A stretch of 42,223 bases of DNA from a virus (Duplodnaviria > Caudoviricetes). The stretch spans positions 1-42,223 of IMG/VR virus record IMGVR_UViG_3300009678_000088; one strand, written 5' to 3'. The translations under genes and the position numbers were made by a program. The notes below the pieces were generated by a model. The model saw nothing but the letters and a program-made list of their open reading frames with translations. It had not been told where the DNA came from and made no database searches. Below, piece by piece: positions 7,933 through 16,586 of this stretch (positions are counted from its first letter, which is position 1; each line of letters begins with the position of its first letter).

Positions 7933-10077
7933 ATGAATGAGATAGGACAGACAGTTGTAGCAGAGGGTGGAGTTCCGGGTGAGTACCGAGGGCCGGGGCC
8001 GTACGATATTATGTTCGTCGGTGAGGCACCGGGGCCAGAAGAAGTAAAGGCAGGCCGTCCATTTATTGGGCCGGCAGGCCGTGTCTTCGAGGCCATGCGG
8101 AATGAAGCAGGTATAGACTCATGCTACGTCACTAACATATGCAAGGTATTCCCCGGTAGGGATGCCAAAGGTAAGATTAAGGCGCCCACAAAAGAACAAT
8201 CAACACAGTGGCGTCCATATCTAGAAGCCGAGATTCGAGAAGTCCAGCCGAAAAAGGTAATCCTATTAGGGATTCCAGCATGTAAGCACGTATTCGGTGG
8301 GCAGTGGAAGCTCGGTGATATAGTCGGCACAACACAGGTAGTCGATGGGGTTGAGTACGTAGCTGCGTATCACCCCGCCTCGTTTATCTATAACCAAGGC
8401 ACGGTATACGGCAGCCGCATCGCTAATACACAGCGCCGCATTTTACGTGACGCCTTGGGTATGGAGCCAGTGAGCTACGACTACCTTGTGTTACCGCCGA
8501 ACAGAGAAGAAGGCATGGCCTTTATAGACCTAGAGACTTCGGGCAAGACAGACCCGCGCGTGGCTAAGGTAGAAGAGTGGTCGCTCCTACGGGAACAAGA
8601 CCAACAGGCTACACTGAGCTTCGAGTCGGGGACACTACCGCCACGGTTTGACACCGCCGTATTTCACAATGCAATGTATGATTACCCACTCCTAGTAAGG
8701 GAGAACCGTGAATGGTTATCGGTGGAGGACATACATGACACGATGATTATGGCATACGTGTTAGGCTACGAAGACCTGAGTCTTAAGGGGCTGTCGTCTG
8801 AACTGTTCGGGATACAAGTATTTGACTACAAGAACCGGGACAAATGCGGCCGTGAAACATACAATGCACAGGACGTGTTCTTAACACGCCGGTTGTATGA
8901 TACACTCGGCCCCCGTCTAGTAGACAACGAGGCTTATCAGATAGACCGCTCGATTGTACGTGTCCTTACACGGGCAGAACTATTCGGCGGGTACATGGTA
9001 AACCAGAAGAAACTACAGTCCCTGATTGGGGATAAGCAAGCGGAAAGAGAACGGCTAGAACAGACATTCGCCAAGTGGTATCCGGGTATTAACATGGGTT
9101 CCCCGGCGCAGTTGCTAGAAGTCTTCCCGACTAAGGACACCAACGCTGCTACTCTCAAAGACCTAGGGACACCGGAGGCTATGGTCATACTGGCATGGCG
9201 CTCCGTGAACAAAGACCTAACAACATACCTACTCCCTGCATCAGGACTCGAAAGATTCTCCGGCCTCTACCGGCTAACGATGTCCGCGGGTGATGAGAAA
9301 GACCCATCCGAAAAGGGAGGAGCAGGCACTGGTAGGCTTTCAAGCTACAGTTTTAATATGCAAAATCTAGACCCTGAGCTTTACCAGTGCTTCTCTGCCC
9401 CCACTAACATGATGCTACTGCGCGCCGACTACTCGCAGATTGAACTCCGCTTCATGGCACAGCTTAGTCAAGACGAGCGCATGATTGAAACACTCCGCGC
9501 AAATGGTGACATTCACCAAGATACCGCAGACGCGCTCGGTATACCTAGACAGCTAGCTAAGACGTGGAACTTCAACCGCTGGTATTGGGGCGCCGTCGAG
9601 CCGCAGCACATAGCTAAGTTCTTTGCTTACAAGTATCAGATACCGGAAGACAAGTGCTTAGAGATGTTGCTTAAGCAGGACGAACTCTACCCCGCATGGA
9701 AAGAATACTCGCAGTCACACTGGCAGCACGTACTAGCAACGGGCATGAGCACGACTCCGATGGGGCACTCACGTAAGATACACCTGTTCAAGGAAGCAGA
9801 GGCTAAGAGACAGGCAGGTAACCACCCGCCGCAGTCTATGGCCTCGTACACTACTAAGGCTGCAATGGGTGCGCTTGACGAGGCATATGCGGAAGGCGAG
9901 TTCGAGTTCATTAACCAAGTCCATGACGAGGTACACTACTTCGTATCTAAAGATAAGGTTAAGACAGCTAAGGGTTATGTTAAGGATGTGATGCAAGAAG
10001 TAGGAAACAGATACCTACCCGACGTTGGCATTGATGTTGACGTTAAGGTAGCCAAGTATTGGGAGATGAAAGGATAA
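7933..10077 (+). CDS. polA: family A DNA polymerase with N-terminal family-4-like uracil-DNA glycosylase domain and 3'-5' exonuclease
   Basis: UDG: MFVGEAPGPEE..GRPFIGPAG, YVTNICK, YHPAS; exonuclease: IDLETSG, FHNAMYD, YNAQD; polymerase: TGRLSS, ADYSQIELR, RQLAKTWNF, QVHDEV. Confidence 0.95.
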   Translation: MNEIGQTVVAEGGVPGEYRGPGPYDIMFVGEAPGPEEVKAGRPFIGPAGRVFEAMRNEAGIDSCYVTNICKVFPGRDAKGKIKAPTKEQSTQWRPYLEAEIREVQPKKVILLGIPACKHVFGGQWKLGDIVGTTQVVDGVEYVAAYHPASFIYNQGTVYGSRIANTQRRILRDALGMEPVSYDYLVLPPNREEGMAFIDLETSGKTDPRVAKVEEWSLLREQDQQATLSFESGTLPPRFDTAVFHNAMYDYPLLVRENREWLSVEDIHDTMIMAYVLGYEDLSLKGLSSELFGIQVFDYKNRDKCGRETYNAQDVFLTRRLYDTLGPRLVDNEAYQIDRSIVRVLTRAELFGGYMVNQKKLQSLIGDKQAERERLEQTFAKWYPGINMGSPAQLLEVFPTKDTNAATLKDLGTPEAMVILAWRSVNKDLTTYLLPASGLERFSGLYRLTMSAGDEKDPSEKGGAGTGRLSSYSFNMQNLDPELYQCFSAPTNMMLLRADYSQIELRFMAQLSQDERMIETLRANGDIHQDTADALGIPRQLAKTWNFNRWYWGAVEPQHIAKFFAYKYQIPEDKCLEMLLKQDELYPAWKEYSQSHWQHVLATGMSTTPMGHSRKIHLFKEAEAKRQAGNHPPQSMASYTTKAAMGALDEAYAEGEFEFINQVHDEVHYFVSKDKVKTAKGYVKDVMQEVGNRYLPDVGIDVDVKVAKYWEMKG

Positions 10078-10079
10078 AT

Positions 10080-10280
10080 ATGCAACCATGTAATAACTGG
10101 TGCTGTGTGGAGGAAGAAAAAACAAAGGAAGTAAAGCAGGTAGAGCTAGAGCTTACGGGTGACCAAATGGCTAAGGCACTACGCGATATGTACATGTACG
10201 TTACTAGCCATAAGCTACAAGCTAACATACATGAACTAACAGACCGTTGGCGCAAGGTGCGCGAGTTTGGCTACCTCTAG
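10080..10280 (+). CDS. hypothetical protein
   Basis: AAAGGA SD; ATG 10080. Confidence 0.55.
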   Translation: MQPCNNWCCVEEEKTKEVKQVELELTGDQMAKALRDMYMYVTSHKLQANIHELTDRWRKVREFGYL

Positions 10281-10297
10281 CCGCCGCAACCAGCGAC

Positions 10298-10326
10298 TTG
10301 ACAAATGCGGCGTCGTGTGGTACAAT
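10298..10326 (+). promoter_or_regulatory. sigma70-type promoter for the recombination/replication operon
   Basis: TTGACA(10298-10303)-17 bp-TACAAT(10321-10326), TGTGG extended -10; CGCCGCA/TGCGGCG inverted repeat straddles the -35. Confidence 0.8.
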
Positions 10327-10374
10327 GTGTGCAGGCCGCTGCATTGGCCGAGAGTTTCACAGAAAGGAGAGCGA

Positions 10375-10494
10375 ATGCATATACGTTATGGTTTAACGGG
10401 ATATTCATTTATCCCTGACCCCGGAACTGTAGCAGGACGGAAGGCAATCCTTAAACAGTACCCGAATAGAAAAGCAGTAAAGCTAGGAGAGTAA
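10375..10494 (+). CDS. small hypothetical protein (39 aa)
   Basis: AAAGGAG SD, ATG 10375. Confidence 0.5.
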   Translation: MHIRYGLTGYSFIPDPGTVAGRKAILKQYPNRKAVKLGE

Positions 10495-10497
10495 ACT

Positions 10498-11220
10498 ATG
10501 AGCGAAGCAAATAACTTCAACCCCCTGACCTCAGCCGGTGCCCCGAAGCAATTCGAGCGCCGCAACGTAGTCCGTGCGGTGCGTAATGAGATTGTCGATA
10601 TGCCGACGCAGCTTAAGGCCGCATCGAATATTGCACAGAATGATTACGTCCCGTTTTGGGAAATCGAATACGAGGCACTCGATGTTAAGTGGAACGACGG
10701 CAACCCCTACAAGGTATCGTTCGGTTCTCGTCTCGTTGACAAGAATGGGGCCACGCTGGATAACACGCAGAGGCCATTCGTTAACGCCAAGGCGTTCGCA
10801 GGACTCGGCATCATTGCCTACCCTGACGACCCTAACTACGATGAGGACGCTGTTATCGGCAACGTGTTCGAGCTAGTCGGTGTTGAGTTCTCCGTTGGTA
10901 AGCCTGCTATGGTGCCGACTGCGGTTCTCGGACAGGACTTCCAGTTCGGCGGCGAGGTACGTGTTGTTACACCGAAGGGTGAACAGGGCGCCACCGCAGT
11001 TCCCGCAGTCATTTCTGCGGCGGCTAATGCCATCGAGCTTACTACCGATGCGGCGCAGCTTTCAGCAATCCGCACTCTGCTTACCGGAGTCTCGGAAGAG
11101 GATGCACTCGACACCCTCCGGGACAACAACGCCGGTCAGAACCTCACGGTCAACGGTAAGGGTGTGCTCGGACTGGCAATCAACGGTAAGCTCATCCAAG
11201 AACTGTCAAGCGTCAGCTAG
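10498..11220 (+). CDS. putative single-stranded DNA-binding/recombination protein
   Basis: AGGAG SD; acidic, beta-rich; capsid-like codon usage; position at the head of the recombination operon. Function is inferred from context only. Confidence 0.45.
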   Translation: MSEANNFNPLTSAGAPKQFERRNVVRAVRNEIVDMPTQLKAASNIAQNDYVPFWEIEYEALDVKWNDGNPYKVSFGSRLVDKNGATLDNTQRPFVNAKAFAGLGIIAYPDDPNYDEDAVIGNVFELVGVEFSVGKPAMVPTAVLGQDFQFGGEVRVVTPKGEQGATAVPAVISAAANAIELTTDAAQLSAIRTLLTGVSEEDALDTLRDNNAGQNLTVNGKGVLGLAINGKLIQELSSVS

Positions 11221-11238
11221 ATAGGAGCCATGTAACAT

Positions 11239-12099
11239 ATGAACGAAGGCGCACTTTCAAGGGAACATCTTGAAAAAACACACAATACTTTTCTTTACCC
11301 TGTCGTGCGCGTTGTGGCGCCAAGCAAACAGGGCATCGCTGGTGGTAGCGGGGTACTAGTCTACTCCGCACCACTAGACAAAGAATCTAGTAAGTATGAA
11401 TCTTATCTGATTACTAACCACCACGTTATTGCTAACCTCATTGACATCGAGGATAGCTGGAATACACTGGCGGGTAAGAGCATTAAGAAAGAGACTAAGG
11501 CCGAGGCCATCGCTGAGTTCTTCGAGTACGAGAATCTTTCCCGTATCGTGGAGAACGCAGGTAAGAGGGCCGAGGTCGTAGCTTGGGACGAAGCGCGTGA
11601 CCTTGCGCTGTTGAAGCTCCGTGCTACTACCCAAATCCAGAACGTGGCACCAATCGTAACGCCCGAAGAGTTTGACGAGACAGTGTTCATCACTACCCCT
11701 GTCTACACAGTAGGCTGCGGTCTTGGTGTTCCCCCTCTTATTACTTCGGGGCACGTTGGGGGATTCAACTTCCTTATTGATAACCACCCGTACACGCTAA
11801 CTACAGCACCTTCCATCTTCGGTAACTCCGGTGGTGGGGTGTTCGACGCTAGCACGGGCAAGGTTATTGGTATCACTGCTCGTATCTCTGTAGTCTTGAT
11901 GGGACTCGGTGCTTCTCCGATTACTCACATGTCATGGTGCATCTCACCGCAGACAGTGCATGACTTCCTCACGGATAACTACTATGACTTTATCATTGAC
12001 CCAACGAAGACAGCGGCTGAATGCCACGCTAAGCGGGAAGAGATTAAGCGCAAGGCCGAAGAAAAGATGCTCGGTGGCGGAGACAGCGACGATGAATAA
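11239..12099 (+). CDS. trypsin-like (S1) serine protease, no signal peptide
   Basis: GGSGVLV, ITNHHVI (His), RDLALLKL (Asp), IFGNSGGGVF (Ser). Confidence 0.9.
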   Translation: MNEGALSREHLEKTHNTFLYPVVRVVAPSKQGIAGGSGVLVYSAPLDKESSKYESYLITNHHVIANLIDIEDSWNTLAGKSIKKETKAEAIAEFFEYENLSRIVENAGKRAEVVAWDEARDLALLKLRATTQIQNVAPIVTPEEFDETVFITTPVYTVGCGLGVPPLITSGHVGGFNFLIDNHPYTLTTAPSIFGNSGGGVFDASTGKVIGITARISVVLMGLGASPITHMSWCISPQTVHDFLTDNYYDFIIDPTKTAAECHAKREEIKRKAEEKMLGGGDSDDE

Positions 12100-12307
12100 A
12101 TACTTCTGGCCTCTGTCTTACAACGGCTATCCCCCGTCTAACGAACAGGCGCAGATAGTTGTACCGACAGCACCGGCTACGGCTGGTGGGCCTCTGTGCC
12201 CTTCATGCAACGGTCAGTTTGCCCTAGGACAGAGGGCGATGCTCACTGTCTCTATGGTAGAGGACGGACGTACTGACTTCGTTGCTGTGCATGAGGTGTG
12301 CTTCTAA
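12092..12307 (+). CDS. small Zn-finger protein
   Basis: CPSC...HEVC; overlaps both neighbours. Confidence 0.55.
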   Translation: MNKYFWPLSYNGYPPSNEQAQIVVPTAPATAGGPLCPSCNGQFALGQRAMLTVSMVEDGRTDFVAVHEVCF

Positions 12308-13095
12308 TGATTGACACCGGGGCGCTTTACGGTAAGCTGATAAGCACCATCGAAGGGATGGAGTCGGAAGAGTTTACTGTCCTGCTAAGTAATCTCGCTG
12401 CTGTGACACCGGATTACTTGCGCGCTCACATGGAAATGGAGCACTCCACCCCTTCCCCTTCGGGGGTTACAGCGTGTCGGCTACAGCAGTACCTAAAGAA
12501 GACCGATGAGGAAGTAACGAGTAAGATTCCTGCCTCGTGGTCTTTACGAGCAGCAGCAGGTACAATCGGCGAGCCACTCTGGCTTGCCCTTCTACGCATG
12601 GCCGACGTGAATGTAAGCTTCCCCGAAGAGGGGGGCTATCCCTGTGGCCCACTAATGAGGGCGCATCCTGACGGTTTGATAGACCAAGATGGTCTGCTTG
12701 AATTAAAGAGCACTACCGGCTGGACATACAAGCGCCTTATCGAGGGCATAGGTGTAGCCTACGAAGAGCCGAAGCACTACATGCAGGCACAGCTTTACAT
12801 GTACGCAACGGGCCGTGACTGGTGCCTCTACCTAGCCTCGACGCCTGACCCTGCACTGTTGCAGTCGATGATGCGGAACTATAAGAAGTACGGTAAAGAG
12901 TATGAGCTTCCGTTCTGCTACCTCGAAGTGATTAAGCGCCGAGAACAGGACATAGAGGCAGGATTAGCAAGAGCGGAAATGATAGTAGCGGACAGAGAAT
13001 CAGGGATACTACCCCCTCGTGACTTCGACGGCCGGAAGAACTGGCCCTGTAACTACTGTCCTTACCAAGTTAAATGTCAGGAGACATACGGATGA
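12307..13095 (+). CDS. Cas4-like PD-(D/E)XK exonuclease
   Basis: SPSGVTAC, HPDGLID...LELKS, QAQLYM, C-terminal CNYCPYQVKC Fe-S motif. Confidence 0.85.
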   Translation: MIDTGALYGKLISTIEGMESEEFTVLLSNLAAVTPDYLRAHMEMEHSTPSPSGVTACRLQQYLKKTDEEVTSKIPASWSLRAAAGTIGEPLWLALLRMADVNVSFPEEGGYPCGPLMRAHPDGLIDQDGLLELKSTTGWTYKRLIEGIGVAYEEPKHYMQAQLYMYATGRDWCLYLASTPDPALLQSMMRNYKKYGKEYELPFCYLEVIKRREQDIEAGLARAEMIVADRESGILPPRDFDGRKNWPCNYCPYQVKCQETYG

Positions 13096-13253
13096 AAAAG
13101 TATTACTACCTAACCCTGTTTGTTACAGCTTTCACTACTGGCTTAGCAGCCACGTTTGTTGGGGAACACTATAATGCAGCAGCGGGGATACTCGTAGCAG
13201 GATTTAGCATGTTCGTGCTAGGTGCTTGGTCAGTACAAAATGACGACGTTTAA
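13092..13253 (+). CDS. small two-TM membrane protein
   Basis: ATGA coupling; MKKYYYLTLFVTAFTTGLAATFVG...AAAGILVAGFSMFVLGAW. Confidence 0.55.
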   Translation: MKKYYYLTLFVTAFTTGLAATFVGEHYNAAAGILVAGFSMFVLGAWSVQNDDV

Positions 13254-14001
13254 GATACATAAACCAGAAGAGATAAAGCCTACTACTGGTGGGCGAATCA
13301 TTCTGGCATGGGGACTAGGCGGTGCCGGTAAGACTACACTCGGCGTCGAGTCCGCAGATGTATCACAGCCGCTGTACTATGCGCGGTTCGACACTCGTAA
13401 CAGTGACCACATGCTCGCCAGCTACAAGGGAAAGGCACTCTACTCAGAGTACTTCCCGCCGCAGACCGACTCTGCTATGGCTAGCTTCCAGATGAATCGC
13501 TACAAGCAGTTCATCTCTATGGCTAAGGCTAATGGCGATGGTGTGTTCATCGAGGATAACATGGCGACAAAGTGGGACATGTACAAGATTGCTTGTCTAC
13601 CCGCTGGCACTGCTAAGCCATCGCCAAAGGACTATGCAATTGGTAACAACGCCATGCGGGAGGATTACGGTGCTCTGGAAGAAAGTCAACTATGGACGGT
13701 TGTTACTACACCGGCTGTCCCTCTATGGGACATGGTTCCTAACCCGAACACGGGTAAGAACTCCCTGCAAGATACGGGGCTTTACCAGCCTGATGGATGG
13801 AAGCACTTTGACTATCACTCAGTTGCCTCTGTGTACCTGTTTAGAACGGGTAAGCTTATGGCGGTGCCTATGGTGCCACAAGAAGCACTGTCGTCTGGTA
13901 CGTTTAAGGCGCTGATTACAGAGTCGAAGCTCCGTCCTACTGTAGTAGGCGGCATCCTCGACGAGCCACGACTTGCGGACGTCATTAAGGCGGTGACATG
14001 A
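13240..14001 (+). CDS. P-loop ATPase (AAA_24/Sak4-like recombination ATPase)
   Basis: WGLGGAGKTT Walker A, FIED Walker B-like; next to the Cas4-like nuclease. Confidence 0.7.
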   Translation: MTTFKIHKPEEIKPTTGGRIILAWGLGGAGKTTLGVESADVSQPLYYARFDTRNSDHMLASYKGKALYSEYFPPQTDSAMASFQMNRYKQFISMAKANGDGVFIEDNMATKWDMYKIACLPAGTAKPSPKDYAIGNNAMREDYGALEESQLWTVVTTPAVPLWDMVPNPNTGKNSLQDTGLYQPDGWKHFDYHSVASVYLFRTGKLMAVPMVPQEALSSGTFKALITESKLRPTVVGGILDEPRLADVIKAVT

Positions 14002-14498
14002 ATGACCGCCGACAAGAAATTATAAAGGCGCTTGACTTTGTTGGGCGCGCGAAGAGACAGAGAAAGGTACGCTTAATTGAAATCGACGATAGGGAGGATT
14101 TGGACGGTCTTACGGACACCCTGCTTACAGGGGCTGGATTTACTGTCATACGCAGGCGGCTACCACTTGGGGATTTCCAGTGGGACAGCAAACTCGGAAG
14201 AGTTATTGTCGAGCGTAAAACACCGAGCGATGCTAAAGATATACCGAGACTCCTCCGTCAAACTATTCGTCTAAGAGATGCACGAACGGGCGCCGGATGC
14301 TTCCCCATCCTACTGCTGGACTACCGAGACGACAAGCCTGAACATGCATGGTCTGACTCTTCGTTGGACAATCTGCTAATGGCTGTGTCGGGCCGGGTGA
14401 GGATAGCACGGTGCTTGCAAGGGCAACTAGCAGACAGGCTAGAGAGCCTGTACTACTGGACAAACAAGAGCAAACATGATATACTTGATGAAGTATAG
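13998..14498 (+). CDS. ERCC4-domain nuclease (putative Holliday junction resolvase)
   Basis: IEIDDRE, RLPLGDF, VIVERKT..D. Confidence 0.85.
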   Translation: MNDRRQEIIKALDFVGRAKRQRKVRLIEIDDREDLDGLTDTLLTGAGFTVIRRRLPLGDFQWDSKLGRVIVERKTPSDAKDIPRLLRQTIRLRDARTGAGCFPILLLDYRDDKPEHAWSDSSLDNLLMAVSGRVRIARCLQGQLADRLESLYYWTNKSKHDILDEV

Positions 14499-14510
14499 AG
14501 AGGAATAATT

Positions 14511-14594
14511 ATGTACCCTAAGACACCGATTAGTTATGCCGCGGCGTTTTGTTATTTTCTTATAGGCTTTGGATTGGGCAGCTTAATTCTCTAA
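14511..14594 (+). CDS. 27-aa membrane micropeptide
   Basis: GAGG SD; hydrophobic C-half; TAATG coupling to the next gene. Confidence 0.45.
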   Translation: MYPKTPISYAAAFCYFLIGFGLGSLIL

Positions 14595-15010
14595 TGAATA
14601 CTGAAGAGTTCATAACACTAAGGAATAGCCTGCATACAGAAGCAGAGAAGGTGCTAGAGTCTAAGGGCTGGGATTATCCCACGAGCGACGACAGACTCAG
14701 TAACTTTAAGTCTATTGCTTCTATTGTTAATGAGATACTCGGACGCAACGACATCACACCGGGGCTTGTCTGGTTTATCTATGAGATGAAGCACATCATC
14801 CCTTTCACTAAGTGGGTTGTTGAGGGTAAGCAGATGGAGAGCGAGTCTCCCTTTAGTAGGGCTGTTGACATTGCTAACTACAATGAACTCGGACTTGCTA
14901 TTGGAGCAGAGCAGGATGCACCTGCTACACCTAAGTTTACAGACCCTGAGTTTGCTAAAGCCACTGCTACACAGCTATATGATGCTAAAAGGCAGGCGTT
15001 CGGTGCGTAA
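14594..15010 (+). CDS. DUF1599/Nmad1-like all-alpha nucleotide pyrophosphohydrolase-type protein
   Basis: KGWDY....DRLSNF...K....DIANY motif pattern. Confidence 0.6.
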   Translation: MNTEEFITLRNSLHTEAEKVLESKGWDYPTSDDRLSNFKSIASIVNEILGRNDITPGLVWFIYEMKHIIPFTKWVVEGKQMESESPFSRAVDIANYNELGLAIGAEQDAPATPKFTDPEFAKATATQLYDAKRQAFGA

Positions 15011-15617
15011 GGCCATTGGCATAGACATGGATGGCTGTGTCACTAACTTCGTGCACGGCTTTACTAAGCTAGCTAATAAAGTTAGCCACTCTGCACCTGT
15101 ACTCGGTAGCCACTACGATATGCCAGAGTGGGAGTTCCGCGGATGGTATATTCCAGATGATAATCACCTAGAAAACATAGTCCTTGAGGACACATGGCGT
15201 CTTATTAAAGGCAGTGATAGCTTCTGGAAGTACCTTACGCCGCAGTTCCCACACGACCTAGACGCTCTGGTCGATACGGCACGGACACAGCCACTGGTGT
15301 TCATTACAAGAAGGGACGGAGTTGATGCGTACGGCCAGACGCTAAGCTGGCTACGAAACCATGGAATTAACGAACCACTACTAGTGCGGGTGACGGGTGG
15401 AGAGGAAAAGAGTTCGGTATGTAAAGCACTAGGGATAGAGGTGATGGTCGAAGACAGTCCGAAGTACGGCGCAGAACTCATACGCGCCGGTGTTACACTG
15501 ATGATGCCGGAGTATGACTACAACCGCCAGTTCATCGAGGAAAACTATGGCGCTGCTCGACCAGTACAATCACTTCGGGAAGGAATTCACAAGGCAATAA
15601 TGTATGTCAACCACTAA
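15003..15617 (+). CDS. HAD-superfamily 5'(3')-deoxyribonucleotidase
   Basis: GTG 15003; IGIDMDGCV (DxD), FITRR, K, MVEDSP, YN motifs. Confidence 0.85.
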   Translation: MRKAIGIDMDGCVTNFVHGFTKLANKVSHSAPVLGSHYDMPEWEFRGWYIPDDNHLENIVLEDTWRLIKGSDSFWKYLTPQFPHDLDALVDTARTQPLVFITRRDGVDAYGQTLSWLRNHGINEPLLVRVTGGEEKSSVCKALGIEVMVEDSPKYGAELIRAGVTLMMPEYDYNRQFIEENYGAARPVQSLREGIHKAIMYVNH

Positions 15618-16362
15618 AGTATGTCACTATGATGGCTGTCACCCTATCGAGTCCGCGGTAGCTAACAAGCTCTACTGCTCCGAGTGTGGGTGTAAGCGCA
15701 AGGCAGAGAACAAAGTACGTCGAATAGACCGACCGCTGGTCTACGACGACGGGCTTTGGCAGGCCGAAGAGGATAGGAAACGCCAGCTAGCACAGAAGGT
15801 AGCGGAGAAGAACAAGTGGATTCTGGATAACAAGTCCTTTGCTGTCTTCGACATTGAATCTACTAACCTCGATGCCAACTTTGGCGAGATGCTTGCGGCC
15901 TGTATTCTACCGCTTAACCCCGACGGCGAGGTGAAAATCTACCGTGATACCAAGTCGGACGAGAAGATTGTTCAGGAGGTACGAGATGAACTAGCTAACT
16001 ACGACTACGTAGTTACGTACTACGGTACGGGATTTGACATTCCGTTCTTGCAGACTCGGCTCATTAACTACGACTTGGAACCACTGCGCGAGATTCGCCA
16101 CGTAGACATGTACTACACAGCACGGACAGTGCTAAAGCTGCACTCTAACCGGCTGGCTGTAGTCTCTGAACTGCTGTTCGGCAAGAACAAGAAGACTAAC
16201 ATCTCGTTCGAGCGTTGGAATAGGGCCATGCGTGGCGACGAGGAAGCAATGGACTACATCGTAGAGCACTGTGTCAAGGACGTAGAGGTTCTGCGCGACG
16301 TGTTCTATGAACTGGTGCGCTTCAAGAATCTGTCACAGACACCACTCAGACTAATAGGATAG
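15604..16362 (+). CDS. DEDD/RNase_H_2 (YprB/PolB-exonuclease-like) nuclease with N-terminal Zn ribbon
   Basis: FDIES, TYYGTGFDIPFL, HVDMY, HCVKDV; N-terminal C..C..C..C.C. Confidence 0.85.
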   Translation: MSTTKVCHYDGCHPIESAVANKLYCSECGCKRKAENKVRRIDRPLVYDDGLWQAEEDRKRQLAQKVAEKNKWILDNKSFAVFDIESTNLDANFGEMLAACILPLNPDGEVKIYRDTKSDEKIVQEVRDELANYDYVVTYYGTGFDIPFLQTRLINYDLEPLREIRHVDMYYTARTVLKLHSNRLAVVSELLFGKNKKTNISFERWNRAMRGDEEAMDYIVEHCVKDVEVLRDVFYELVRFKNLSQTPLRLIG

Positions 16363-16377
16363 AAAGGAAGAACTAAC

Positions 16378-16461
16378 ATGGACGGCAATAACATTTGGCT
16401 GGTGCTAATCATCATCTTCATTGTTATTGTGCTGCTCGGCGGCGTAACAATCACCAACTAA
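16378..16461 (+). CDS. 27-aa single-TM micropeptide
   Basis: AAAGGAAG SD; IWLVLIIIFIVIVLLGGV. Confidence 0.55.
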   Translation: MDGNNIWLVLIIIFIVIVLLGGVTITN

Positions 16462-16476
16462 CGACAACTAGTAAGT

Positions 16477-16568
16477 GGGGGCGACGGGTTAGCAGTTAGT
16501 ACGGTGGTTATCGGAGTCCGGTAATAGCCCAAAGCTGAACGTGGGTTCAACTCCCACCGCCCCCACCA
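16477..16568 (+). ncRNA. tRNA/tmRNA-TLD-like RNA, 92 nt, with encoded CCA but non-canonical D and anticodon regions
   Basis: Acceptor stem GGGGGCG/CGCCCCC, discriminator A, CCA; T-arm GTGGG-TTCAACT-CCCAC; the central 57 nt lack a canonical D-stem and a U33 anticodon loop. Confidence 0.75.
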
Positions 16569-16586
16569 AATACGAAAGGATACACG

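Noticed and set aside
5887-13095. DinG plus Cas4-like nuclease as a type IV CRISPR-Cas system
   Set aside because: No repeat-spacer array and no Cas5/6/7-like genes seen; both genes sit in an ordinary phage replication/recombination context
14817-15002. N-terminal extension of the HAD nucleotidase in the ORF track
   Set aside because: Overlaps the upstream gene; the HAD motif I begins right after GTG 15003
16477-16568. Canonical tRNA-Thr(AGT), full tmRNA, or attP remnant
   Set aside because: No D-stem or U33; no mRNA-like domain or G3-U70 pair; both acceptor strands are present and no integrase is found
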